Part shown: piece by piece, positions 52,215 through 64,000 of the stretch
Layout: each line of letters begins with the position of its first letter
Position numbering within the stretch: position 1 is the first letter of the stretch
NCBI GenBank assembly: GCA_048128005.1
Contig: JBEUKZ010000001.1
Location: forward strand, 1 to 64,000
Source: Veleropilina oligotropha
Taxonomy: Eukaryota
Length of the DNA: 64,000 nucleotides
Reading direction: 5' to 3'
Notes under the pieces: generated by a model
Told to the model about the DNA's origin: nothing
Databases searched by the model: none
What the model saw: only the letters and a program-made list of their open reading frames with translations
Program-made: the position numbers and the translations under genes

Positions 52215-55200
52215 ATGTCACTGTCCAAAGAGGAAGTATCGGCATTGTCTAAAATATTTGAGGAATTTGGTAAGAAACCTAAACTAGATACAAAGGACGA
52301 TTTTGAGTTGTGGATGAAAGAGTAGGTCGGGTCAATGTCAAGCGAGAAAAAGGTGATTGAACACGAAATCTCTCTTAGCGATGATACAACTTTTCGCGAT
52401 CGGATCAGGAAATCCCTCCAGGAATTTACAACGAAGTGCAAAATCATTGCAAGAAATGCTAGATAGTGGAGTGATAAGGAAGTCGCATAGTCCTCTGAGC
52501 TTGAATCTGGTGTTCGTGAGGAAAAAGGATGGAACTTTGAGGATCTGCACGGACTTCAGAAATTTGAATGCAAGAACTATTAAAGACTCTTACCATATAC
52601 CTAGGATTGAAGACACGCTGGATACTTTAGTCAACTCCAAATACTACTCAAGTTTGGATCTACGTCATGGTTACTGGCAGGTTGACATAAAGGAAGAACA
52701 CAAACCCAGAACCGCCTCTTCAGCAGTTGCGTTAGGATTTTTGAGTACAATATGATGGCTTTTGGACTCACAAATGCGCCAGCATCGTTTCAACGCCTGA
52801 TGGAGAGCACATTTTAGGATATCAACAATGAAAAGTGTGTGATATATCTCGACGATATTATAGTCTATTCGGCCACTGTTGAAGATCACTTAACACGCCT
52901 TGATTTGGTTGTTGAGAGATTGGATTAAGTAGGATTACGTCTTCAACCGGACAAATGTCATCTACTGCACACTAAGGTTAAGTACCTTGGCCACATTGTT
53001 TCAGAAAATGGTGTCGAAACGGACCCAGACAAGATAGATGCCCTGAAGAATTCACCGATTCCCAATAATGTAGATGAACTCAGATGTTTTCTTGGGTTTG
53101 CAGGGTATTATCGTCGTTTTTTCGAAGGTTATTCCAGCATAGCACGTCCATTACACTACATATTAGAAGGAGGAAACATCGGCCAATCATCTAAATCAAG
53201 AAGAAAAAGGCGCACGCCGACTAAATGGAGATGGGAGGAGCAAGACAATGCCTTTCATAAATTTATCGACCACCTTACAACAGCTCCCGTGCTTGCATTT
53301 GTTGATTATACTGAACCATTTACACTTCACACGGATGCCAGTATGTTAGGATTAGGCGCTGTTCTCTACCAGGTTAAAGATGGAAAAGAGAGAGTAATAG
53401 CATATGCGAGTAGAGGATTAACTAAGAGTGAACGCAATTACCCAGCTCATAAACTCGAGGTGTTAGCTTTAAAATGGGCAGTCACAAATAAAATCCACGA
53501 TTATCTGTACGGGAATCCATTCAAAGTATTTACAGACAACAATCCACTTACATATGTAATGTCATCTGCAAAACGTGACGCTACTGGCCAAAGATGGACC
53601 GCTGAGCTATCCTTGTATGATACTTCTTTACATTACCGCCCAGGGAAGTGCAACGGAGACGCCGATGCTTTATCACGAAAGCCACAACGATTTAACCCTG
53701 TGAGTGTTCAGATGGTCAAAAGTCTCTGCGAGGTGCACGAACATGGACAAGACGTCGTCTTGATTGACAGTTTAACAACTATCCCAGACATTGGAGATGC
53801 GGTGGTATGCAATTCTCTTCTTTCCACAAAGGAAATCAATTGGCGAGAATGACAAGAATGCGATACTGAGATATGCAAACTTTTGCGTTTAGTGGAAAGC
53901 GGAAAGCGATCGACAACAAGAAATAAATGTCAATTTTCAATGGAAAGTAAGAATCTTCTTCGAGAGTGGAAACGGTTGGAATTGAGAGACGGAATTCTAC
54001 ACAGGAAACGATTTAAAAACAATCCAGTATATCAGTTAGTTTTATCACGGAAGTATTGTGAACAAGTGTTAACCGGTCTTCATGATGATGTGGGGCACTT
54101 TGGGATTGAGCCAACACGTGACTTGGTAATAAATCGTTTCTATTGGCCGGGTATGGCTCGTGAGAATAAAGTGCATAATTGCAATCGTTGCATTCGACGG
54201 AAATCGTCCCTATTACCGCAGAAAGCTCCCCTTGTCAACATAGTGACAACACGGCCTCTACAGTTGGTGTGTATGGACTTTTTAACTGTCGAGCAAAGCA
54301 AAGGTGGTTACGAGAACATAATTGTTGTGACTGATAATTTCACGAAGCACGCACAGGCATGTGCGACTAAGAATAAATCAGCACGTACGACAGCACAGTT
54401 ATTATTTAACAATTTCATTGTGCACTAGGACAGCTTCACAGTGACCAAGGGAGGAATTTCACGTCAAATATTATTAAACAGCTTTGTGCGATTTACGGCA
54501 TTACCAAATCAAAGACAACCCCGTATCATCCGATGGGAAATGGAGTCACCGAAAGATTCAATCGAACTTTACTCAATATGCTGGGAACACTGAATGAAGA
54601 ACAGAAAGGACATTGGAAAACCCACTTACCGTCTCTGGTTCAAACGTATAATTCCACGAATCACGACACTACTGGTTATTCCCCCTTTTATCTTCTGTTT
54701 GGACGGAACCCACGACTGCCAATTGATGTTGTTATGGGCATAGATTCAAATGATGGAAAGGTCGATTTTGTGTCTGAATTGAAAACGCGCATGAAGGTAG
54801 CTTTTGATATCACGCCACGCAGGATGCAATGAGCCAATATGATACAGAAGAAAGAATATGATCGCAGAGGTATGAGGGGTGGTGTGGTGCACCCCGGGGA
54901 CCAAGTTCTTGTAAAGATAACAGGTTTTAAGGGACGACATAAAATTGCCGATCGCTGGGAGGAGGACGTGTACATAGTAACAGACCAGCCAAACGAGAAA
55001 ATACCAGTGTATTCTGTCAGGAAATGTGGTGTAAACCATGGACGAAAACGAATGATCCATAGACACTTATTATTGCCACTGCTTGATGCGCAGCTACCAT
55101 CTAAACCCGATAACCTCTCGAAACCTGTTAAACCCAAAGCCAAACCAATACCTCGAGATAACAGATATGACGATGAAGATCAGGAATCCAGCAGCAGTTC

Positions 55201-55450
55201 AGATGGGGACTTGATATATTTGAGGTCTGATATTCAGGATGACAAAGAAGAAACATCTTCGTCTTCATCTCAGGAAGAAGTAGGTATGGTTGTTGAAGAG
55301 GTTGAGGACGTCGAAGATGTTGAAGAAGATATTCCTGAGGACGATCATCAACCAACAGAACGGTCGCCGCCACGACGTTCGACGCCTGAAAGACGTCGCC
55401 CAGCGTATCTTGATCAGTACGTCACAAACCAAGTACAGGATGTAGATAAT
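52215..55450 (+). pseudogene. Gypsy gag N-terminal stub joined to pol (RT, RNase H, integrase), disrupted
   Basis: RKKDGTLRICTDFRNLN, LDLRHGYWQV, YLDD (~52843), TDAS..LGAVL, TDNNPL, HDDVGH..C..C, ERFNRTL; multiple stops and frameshifts. Confidence 0.95.
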
Positions 55451-55504
55451 ATATGGTGGGGAACAACGGGGACGGCGTTTCTCGTTGGGGGGGGGGGGGG
55501 AGTA

Positions 55505-56435
55505 TGTAACATACTGAATAAATGTGTTTCAATTATTATCCAGTCTTGTTGAATTACTATGCTTATTGTATGTACTAGGTTTATTAGGAGTTCGTATTAA
55601 TGATATATTCTGCCATCCATACAGGTAATGTCTGTAGTGAGCCTCTTGTGTACGCGCAAATCAATTTCATATAACTTCCGAGAGCGACGCAGAAGTCGTG
55701 ATCTTCGCGCGAAATACAAATCATTCGTATCGACAACTTTGAGAGTGGCAGCTCGCTACCTTTTGTCGCCATCGTGGGAGACGAATCTAACTACGGCAAA
55801 TCGCTGTGTTATAAATGCCTACCGTCCCACTCCGCGATATATAAGCACCTTGCCGCAGGTAAACCTTGTATTTTATATCTATTTATATGTATGCTTGTCA
55901 TTTGATGTATTTTGTGTTATATAAATATGTCGAGCAGGTTATCAGTGCATCCTTCGATTCAGTGAGACTAAACGTATCTTGTTATATATTATAAGTCTAA
56001 ATATGGAGCAAAAAGGTAGATTAAGGGACGCATATTAATTACTGTGTAATATATAAGATTTATAGTCTTGTCGCTGCAGTAGATTATTAGTATCTGATAT
56101 TACGATTAATTAACCAATATTGAGTGAATATCTTTTTCTTCTAACTGCAGGACATGTAGTGCCCGTGATATACGCTACGCGCTCATGTATATCGTTGCTG
56201 TACGCTGCATTGCCCGTGTATAGCGTTGCTCTACGCTACGTGCTCGTGCATATCGTTGCTGTTCGCTCCTTATATTGTTGCTATACGTGTCCGTGTACGC
56301 TCTTCCTGTACGCCATTCATCAGTTCGTTTAAATAAACTACGGATTTACACCAGAGCGTCTTTATTATCCCCACACACACACTGTCCGAATCCCTCTTCA
56401 GAGCCGCTTTGGGAATCCTCACAAGGCTGGTTACA
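55505..56435 (+). repeat. 3' LTR (931 bp, uninterrupted), preceded by poly-G PPT
   Basis: TGTAAC...GTTACA termini; G-run at 55487-55500. Confidence 0.95.
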
Positions 56436-56649
56436 TTTATACAAAAGAAATATTGATTAAGTCAGTGAACATATCCGTAATATTAGATTCTTTTATTTAA
56501 TTATCTTCGGCTTCGTCTTGGACAATTAAATCAAGGAATTTATTGTGGCTCATACATTCGCCTTGACATAACTTTGCTTGTTCAAATCTGGATCAAACAT
56601 ATACTCATCGAAAGCCAAGAAAAAGATGTTCAGCATCATGAGCGATCTA

Positions 56650-57600
56650 CAGCTATTTCCAAGGATCGTTCAAGGATCATTTAGATCAGGTCGTTTTTCA
56701 TATCTTATGCCGTAGTTACAGTCTCTCAACAGACTGGACCGTCCTCGCTAGTTCAACTCGTTAGGAAGTCGTAAAAACATTATGCGGGACGGTAGGATGT
56801 GGCCTGGCTTATTCCAAGGCTTAAAACTAATATATAGCATATCCTTAATGTATGTCGGTCAGATCGGAGTGAGACCTTAAACCGAGTGTCCCGACCACGT
56901 TAAGGCTGAAAAATTGCCAAAGGGTCGTAAAACAAAGTTGTCAACTCAACTCAACAGACTGGATGTGATATGGCATGTGTACAAAACCGATAGCGTCAAA
57001 GCCGATAACCCAATGTACTAGATGTACTAGATACTTATCCATTAAACCTCTCTTAGCTCCAGCAATGATCACATGAAGAGGTTGATTTCAGAATGATGCT
57101 TCAAACAGCGCACGCGCACCAACCAGAACTTTCAAAAATTATGATAAATGCAACTGACACTGATGTACTTGTGTTAGCCATTGTTATAGCAAGTGGGCTA
57201 CAAGAGTGCGATATGTGGTTGACCCTGTCCACAGCATAGCTGCTCACTTAGGTGCTGATAAATTTTCGGCCTTTCTTTTTATTCACTTTGTTTCTGGATG
57301 CGATATAGTGTCGTCATTATTATGTGGAAAAAAGATAGCCTGTGAAGTATGGGAATCAACATGGCATCTAACACCAGTGTTCATCCTGCTGTCACATGCT
57401 CCAGGTGCAATATCGGATCACGACACGAAAGAGTTAGAGAGATTCGCTGTCAAATTATACAGCCGTACATCACCTCTCAGTACAGAATAATAATATACCG
57501 CCAACCTTCTCCTGCAAACTGGGGTTGGTTGAAGGACAATCATGGGGATCAACAGATTCTGAAGTGTTAATAATAATAGGGTGTACTCTGTGCGAGTTTG
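56650..57600 (+). pseudogene. Academ transposase C-terminal remnant
   Basis: RLDVIWHVYKTDSVK, ATDTDVLVLAI, HFVSGCDIVS..GKK, LERFAVKLY and PSPANWGW motifs; interrupted by a SINE. Confidence 0.75.
56739..56949 (+). mobile_element. Meta-like SINE with TSD
   Basis: Homologous to 28679-28908; TSD ctcaacagactgga. Further copies at ~58336-58515 (+), ~60235-60443 (-) and ~21050-21180 (partial). Confidence 0.8.
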
Positions 57601-60600
57601 TAGTCTGGGGAAATTGATTTAGGTGTGGTTTGGAGTACATACAACGTTTTATTGGTGATTCTGATTGCGACCATACAGAACGCAAATCCGCTTGATGACA
57701 CTTTGTCATCCTTGAGCAAATTGTTACGGTCAAAATTCAAAATGGCTGCTCCAAAAACCGATTTTCGACTAAGTTCCTCAAAAGTTGACATATAGATCTG
57801 ATTTTGGTGTCTAAACTTAAGTTTTAAGGGTCTACGAATCCACTGGATCACATAAATATACCACATCTCATCCATGAGCCTAAATTTTCATATTCAAGCA
57901 AAATTCAAAATGGCCGCCACAGAAACAGATATGCAAAAATTGACATATGGACCTGATTTTGCTGTCCAAACCTATGTTTTAAGGGACTAGGAATCGACTG
58001 GACCTCACCAATATATTCCTGTATAACCTTGAATTTTCAGATCTTTATTTTTAAAGCACTTGTGATAACATTGCCCAGCGATGATAGAGGTCGATATTAG
58101 GGGATATTTACATACAACCAAAAACATACAATGTTCTAATTTCATCATGTAAAAATAAAATAGGACATATGCTAAGCTGTTTTTTTAAAACACTTATGCA
58201 CAAGACCTGAAACAAATATGCGTGTGGTAACATATATTTATCATATGTTATATTCCTTTAATATTAGACAGATCAGTTCATGCGCCTTCATCTCAGCTGC
58301 ATCAGCGGGTGAGTAATTAGAACCTCATACACCCTACCGAAGCTGTTTTTTGGTCCCGGTTTCGACGTTAGTAGCAGCTTGGTCTAACGCTTAAAATAAT
58401 AGAAGGCGTATGCCCCAGAAGTCTGTCAGATCGGAATGCAACCTTAAACCACCTGTCCCGACCGCAATAGGGTTAAAACTTGCCAAAAGTGTCCGTAAAT
58501 AGTTGCCACCCAACCGATCATCCTCATCAAATAGAACAGATGAATTTGTTTGCTTATTATAACACGACAGCAGCAGAAGGCTGAACATGACAATCTCGCT
58601 GCAGAATATTTACACATGGCAGTCGGACAAAGTCGGGAGGAACTGCAGCCTGATCTAATCATTTTCGGTACCTCATTCGTGACCCGCATGACATCTGAAG
58701 TAGAGGGCGTGATATCAGCGCAGTGCATACTCCACCTTTCGTCCACCCATGCCGGGAGTGTATTCACTATTCAACCACTGGTTGGCCAGCTTCCAGTTCG
58801 GCACGCCATATTACTGCTTGTTCATGTGAACATGATCTTTTAATCGACAGTGATCTGTGGAAATCACCTGGTCTATCTGATCTACGAATGATCTGGTCCG
58901 TCTGATAAGGCATATAACTATGTTATATGAACCTCTTGTTCGAGTTCAAGTCTTCTTCTTTCACTGCCAATGCCGGTTAGGCAGCGCAGTGGGTAAGGGT
59001 GTCCACTCTAAATTCACTGGCTTGATTCCGCTAATGCGAACAGTGGTGGCTGAGGCATTGACATTTGTTCAAGTTATGAATCACAGTTGTCCGCGACTGG
59101 CCGAAGAGGGCGGGTTTACCCGGGCGACAGGAGTTTCCTCCCGCGATAACACGGATACGTCCTACCTTGAACCTCGATGTTGTAAATATACAGGACATTA
59201 AGCATCATTCCCCCCTCCCTCCTTTCACTGCCTTTGTTTCCACTATGTGTGGTCGCCGGTGACGCTCTTCTGTCTCCATCTCATCGTGTCCAATGTGTCC
59301 TCAACGTGCACTCCTACCACTGACCTCTATATTATCCTGACCTGTCTTACATTGATACCATCTCTTGTTCGGCCTTACCCTCTCCTCAATCATGTCTTCA
59401 ACTTCACCACAATTTTTCCACATACCACTCCTCCGAGAGACCACTTCGCCAGTCGTGTGGTTTCGGTTGTGGACTCCGAAAAATCACTGACTTGATTCCG
59501 ATGACACGAACAGTAGTAGGTTCCCACCTAAGGAGGGACATCACACATTGGTTCAAGTTATGAATTACAGTTGGTCGGAAAAGGCGGATTTCCCCGGGCG
59601 ACCGGTCTTTCTCCCGCGATAATATGGACATGTCATGCTTTGAACCAAATGATGGTTGGAAATATACAGGATATTAAGCATCGAACCTTTCCTTTTCACT
59701 CCTCAGATAAATACACATGGCCGTACCATCTTCGCCGCGCCTCTCTCAATATTTCCATCCTAGCTCGCTAACTCAAACCTCTCCCGTACCACATCGTTCC
59801 AGCCGCGTAATCCTTAGTGTGAATCGAAATATTATCATTTCTGCTACCCCCATCCGCTTCTCCTCCTTATTTTTCACCGCCACTGCTTCTTTCTCGTACA
59901 GCATTGCTGACAAGACCATCGTCTTGTAATTTGTCTCTTCAACCGCACTGATAACGTTCTGTCACACAGGACCTTCCTCCAGCTGCTCCACCCTGCCAGT
60001 ATCCTCCGAACCACCTCTGTGTTTGAACATTCACGCTCCTGTACAGTATACGCTAAATATTTGAATTTGGATGTTCTCTACTTTTTGTTCCTCCATTCTA
60101 ATGTTCTCAACTACATTGTCTCCACATCCAGTTCACATATACTCGGTCTTCTTCCTGCTCGCTTGCATCCCCCTATTCGCCAATGACCTCCGCCACTCCT
60201 CTAACCCCGTATCCGCTTCCTCTCTTTTCTCTGTTGGTTGACAACTTTGCTTTACTACCACTTTTGGCAATTTTTAGCCTTAACTCGGTCGGGAAACCCG
60301 ATATCATTCAAATATGACCGACATACAGTAGGGATATACCATATATTATTTTAAGCGGTAGCATAAGCCGCCAGCTGGCCTCGAACCCGGGCCTTCCTAG
60401 CTGTCTGGGTTGAGCGTCTGACCACTCGCTAGCCGAAGCAGTTCTCTCTTTTCCGTACCCAGTACCACGTCATCCGCGACATAATGTTCCATTGTGCTTT
60501 TTATTCACCCCAACATAAACATTGAGTTCTAGTGATGGTGAAGAAAACAGTTTGTCCTTTGTGCATTTTGTTATTTAACTTCTATATCACAACCCTCTAT

Positions 60601-61780
60601 ATGCCTGTATGTTTTTTAGTTGTATATATATATGTCATCTTAGTGGATAATATCATCACAAATATTTCCCATACCAAACAATCGGCATGGTTACCACAGT
60701 TAGTGTGGCAGTATCGTTCTTCGGGACAAAATAATTTTTCTTATACTACTTATTATATGATATGCTAATGGAAACATTCAAACACATGTAGCCTTTATAT
60801 ATGAGATGATACGGTAACAACGCAAACTGACCCGTTGATTTCTTTGATGACAATTTTGTAAAGTTATCTATCAATCAATGTACATACAAGTTTCGTCCTA
60901 GATATGGTTCTACATCCCAGTGCGATGCTACAAGACTTAAAATTAAATAAATAAATATTCAAACTTCTTTATTATAACTGTAAGCCTATATCCATCATAC
61001 TATCAGACATATAACATATTTATATCACACAGACAAGATGTCGTCAGTATTGTTCGGTGAAAACAAGCAGGAGTACTGCATAATGCAATAGGACAGACTT
61101 TCTGTCAATTTTTTAACGAACTATATTGACGTCACATTAGTGTAAACAAGTGGCATAATCATTAATGAATATGTTGAAGTACTGCCGCTAACGTTATATG
61201 CTTGTATATCATGCTATTTCATGTCACTTTGTTACATATGAAGTATCGGTAGTTTTGGTGGGCACTTATTACGAGTAATTTAATAATCGAAATACGAAAA
61301 TTCATGCTAGAGAGGAGAAGGCATATATTTATTCAGTCTAGTGAATTTCAAGACTTTAAAAATATACTTGTAGACACCAAAAAACCCAACCCCTTGATCA
61401 ATTATTGGCAAACTTATAACCGAAAATCAGTTTCCATCTTTCTGTGGCGGCCATTTTGAATTTTTGTCGAATAAGAACATTTAGGCTTTTGGAAGGGAGA
61501 TATAATAAATGTATGTGCTCCAATGGATTCATAAACCCTTAAAACATAGATGTAGACAGTAAAATCGGGTCCCTATGTTATTTTTTGACGAACTTATAGC
61601 CAAAATCGGTTTTGGGGGCAGCCATTTTGAATTTTGACCGTAAAAAAATTGCTCAATTATGACAAAGTGTCATCAAGCGGATTTGCGTTATGTATGGTCT
61701 GTTCTACCAGAATCATCAATAAAACGTATGTACTCCAAAACACACCTAAGAACAAAAATGGCCATTCTGCCACCAGACTA
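57601..61780. mobile_element. Non-autonomous Academ-type element with long imperfect TIRs
   Basis: TAGTCTGG...CCAGACTA termini, TTG TSD; ~57620-58030 is reverse-complement homologous to ~61300-61750. Confidence 0.75.
59225..60235 (-). pseudogene. RTE-clade LINE 3' fragment interrupted by a V-SINE
   Basis: FKYL, AEM..FRFTL.ITRLER, LREARRRWYGHV and RPNKRW..WRQ motifs on the minus strand. Confidence 0.7.
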
Positions 61781-62099
61781 TTGTTGACAAATTGGATAGA
61801 TCGAGATATTTTTGTTCTTTGTCCTTGCTGTACTGACAGCCACAGTACAAAACTCACGCCGCCAGTCTAATTGAGGCATAATTCAGCAGAACGATTTTCT
61901 GAACAATAAAGTTCTTACTTTGGATTTTAAGGGTGACAGCGATTTACAGCGTTTGATTTTCAGATGCAGTTTATTCAATTATATAGATGCATTGTAGCAA
62001 AATGTTATTTTGCCAAAGATGTTCGTGTTAACACGCGGTATTGTAAAGAGTAGCTGGTCTTCTAATAAAAGAGTATGATATGGCTAGTAAAGAGGGAGT

Positions 62100-62900
62100 A
62101 ACCCGGACAGGTAGACGGGTGTGAGATTGTATTGACACTTGTAAGCAAACACAAGAACATTAGAGTCAATCCTGGCATCAATAACAGATGGCCAATGATG
62201 TTTTTGAGGATTGGTGTTATATGATCAATTATCTCATTTGGTATTCAGAAGTAGTTGTAGACGATCTGCTCTCAGTGATGTTAATCAGTAGGTTATTGCA
62301 GTAGTCAATGTGACACGGAAAGAGAAAGAACAAGTTTGGTTGTAGCATTCTGGATATGTATTTCGATGTTTCTGATATGAAGTTTGGCTCCTCTGATAAT
62401 ATTGGAAATTTAATTCTTCATTTGGAGGTTTTGAACCGAACCAAACCAAACCAAACCCAAGGTTTTTCGCTTTTGTCACCGATATAATTTCAGGTTTGCC
62501 AAGAGTTAAATGTGTGTTAGATACATTTAACAATAACAACTGACCGATCAATATATATTCTGTTTTGTCGTCGTTTAGTTTGAAGAGATTAATTGTAATC
62601 CATCCTTTTATATCCATGCAACGCTGCTGTGTATTGTTTCTAGACGTGATGAAGTTGTGTGTAGTAAAGGTAAGATACAGTTGATTGTCATCAGCATATT
62701 GATGCTGGTTTACATCGTACCTGCATGCGATCTCACTCAGTGGTCTGAGGTTTAATGTGAACAAAACTGGTCCATACACTGAACCCTGTGGTACTCCACG
62801 CTGTAATTCCTGGGGACATTATGTATTGTTCTGCATGGTAACACATTGGAATCGCTCAGACAAATATAACGTAAACCATGTCAAAATAATTAAATTGAAT
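62100..62900 (-). pseudogene. L2/CR1-group LINE reverse transcriptase fragment
   Basis: GVPQGSVYGPVLF, YADDNQLY, KLNDDKTE. Confidence 0.85.
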
Positions 62901-63269
62901 CCTAGATCATCACTTAATCTTGAGAGTGATCAATTGTATCTAAAGCGACAGATATATCTAATAGTATGTCTTTTGCGACTTTGTGAAGGGCAGTCTCGGT
63001 GCTGGGGACTATGCAATATGTTGACTGCTGCATTGCAGCAAGTTATCCTAGAAGCCAGGCTACCGTGAACTTTTTAGATGTAGCTACTAGAACAGCTGCT
63101 TGCAATGATGCGAGTGTCTTATAGCTAGTTTTAAATGTCAATAATTTTGAATTTGTGCTGGTCAGTGTGAAGAGAGTTGGACGATTAGACGTACATAATG
63201 AAAGTATGTTAGTATCAAAATAGTATGAAGTATCTTTGTAGTCGAAATGCTTACATAAAACCATTTTAA

Positions 63270-63989
63270 TATCATCAAACTGAATTTGTTATCCTGTCAC
63301 CAAAACGTTTACGATCACATATTCCCATCACTAATATCAAAGTTGGCGACTGCATCGTAGACGTTGTCTCGTGTGCTCGTAATATCGGTGTTATATTCGA
63401 TAGCCATATGACAATGGACCCACATATAAAGACCATCAGCAAGAAATGTTATTTTCAACTTCGTAACCTGGGGAAGATTCGCCCCTACTTGGATAATTCT
63501 GCACTAGAGAAACTTGTTCATTCCTTTATAACTTGTCATCTTGATTACTGTAATTCTCTGTTACTAGGTGTATCGCAATCACATATTCACTCTCTACAAC
63601 GCATCCAAAACACCGCAGCACGTATTGTCAGTGGAGCGAAACGTTTCGACCACATCACACCGATTTTGAAAATGCTGCACTGGCTCCCAGTAAAGGAGAG
63701 AATCACTTTTAAAATATTAGTTATGGTTTTTAAATGCATCAGAGGCACTGCCCCCATTTACCTTAGTGAACTTTTAACCGTGTATCAACCTGTTCGGTCA
63801 TTGCGTTCATGCAATAAGGACCTATTAGTTGTACCTCTTTCAAAATCCGAATTTGCAAACTCCAGAATGTTCTCAATTGCTGGGCCTCAACTTTGGAATG
63901 CCCTCCCTCTGTCTCTAAAGCAATGCCCGTCTGTAGATAATTTTAAAAATAAATTAAAAACTCATTTATTTCAATTAGCATTTCAGTAA
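63270..63989 (+). pseudogene. L2-clade LINE ORF2 3' end (5'-truncated)
   Basis: RNIGVIFDS, LDYCNSLL, LQRIQNTAAR, HITPILKMLHWLPV, GPQLWNALP, FKNKLKTHLF. Confidence 0.9.
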
Positions 63990-64000
63990 GACCCTATTCA

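Larger units (their letters stand above)
40856..56435 (+). mobile_element. Gypsy/Ty3 LTR retrotransposon (defective), heavily nested
   Basis: TG..CA LTRs (40856-50554 interrupted; 55505-56435 intact), TSD TTTA, PBS, poly-G PPT, RT-RH-IN domain order. Confidence 0.95.

Noticed and set aside
58550..58843. Possible RLE-type LINE C-terminus (HDN.A..LH, PDLII)
   Set aside because: Too short and degenerate to assign without a search.

Overview
AT-rich eukaryotic genomic DNA, most likely from a marine invertebrate. The HINE/pearl-type elements, V/Meta/Deu-type SINEs, Academ and Crypton remnants suggest a mollusc-like genome (inference). The window is almost entirely transposon-derived. Host-like coding sequence is limited to one SET-domain (SETD8/PR-Set7-like) exon at 207-360 (-) and an intact single-exon SGNH hydrolase ORF at 21920-22507 (-), which is followed by an 80/82-bp higher-order tandem array and bracketed by a ~1.48-kb near-identical direct duplication. 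The dominant structure is a 15.6-kb Gypsy LTR retrotransposon (40856-56435; TTTA TSD, tRNA-Lys PBS, gag/protease mostly deleted). Its 5' LTR has grown from ~0.93 kb to ~9.7 kb through nested insertions: two different PIF/Harbinger-type elements sitting in the same TAT-ATT-GTTGCT minisatellite motif, hairpin-ended Crypton-like elements (one retains DUF3504 coding remnants) and SINEs. Other content: Academ transposase remnant plus a non-autonomous Academ, a hAT-like element with 5-bp TSD, a Helitron, Helentron/HINE elements, RTE, RTE-X and L2 LINE fragments, and microsatellites. No CRISPR, rRNA or bona fide tRNA genes were seen. All family assignments are by eye from motifs; no searches were run.
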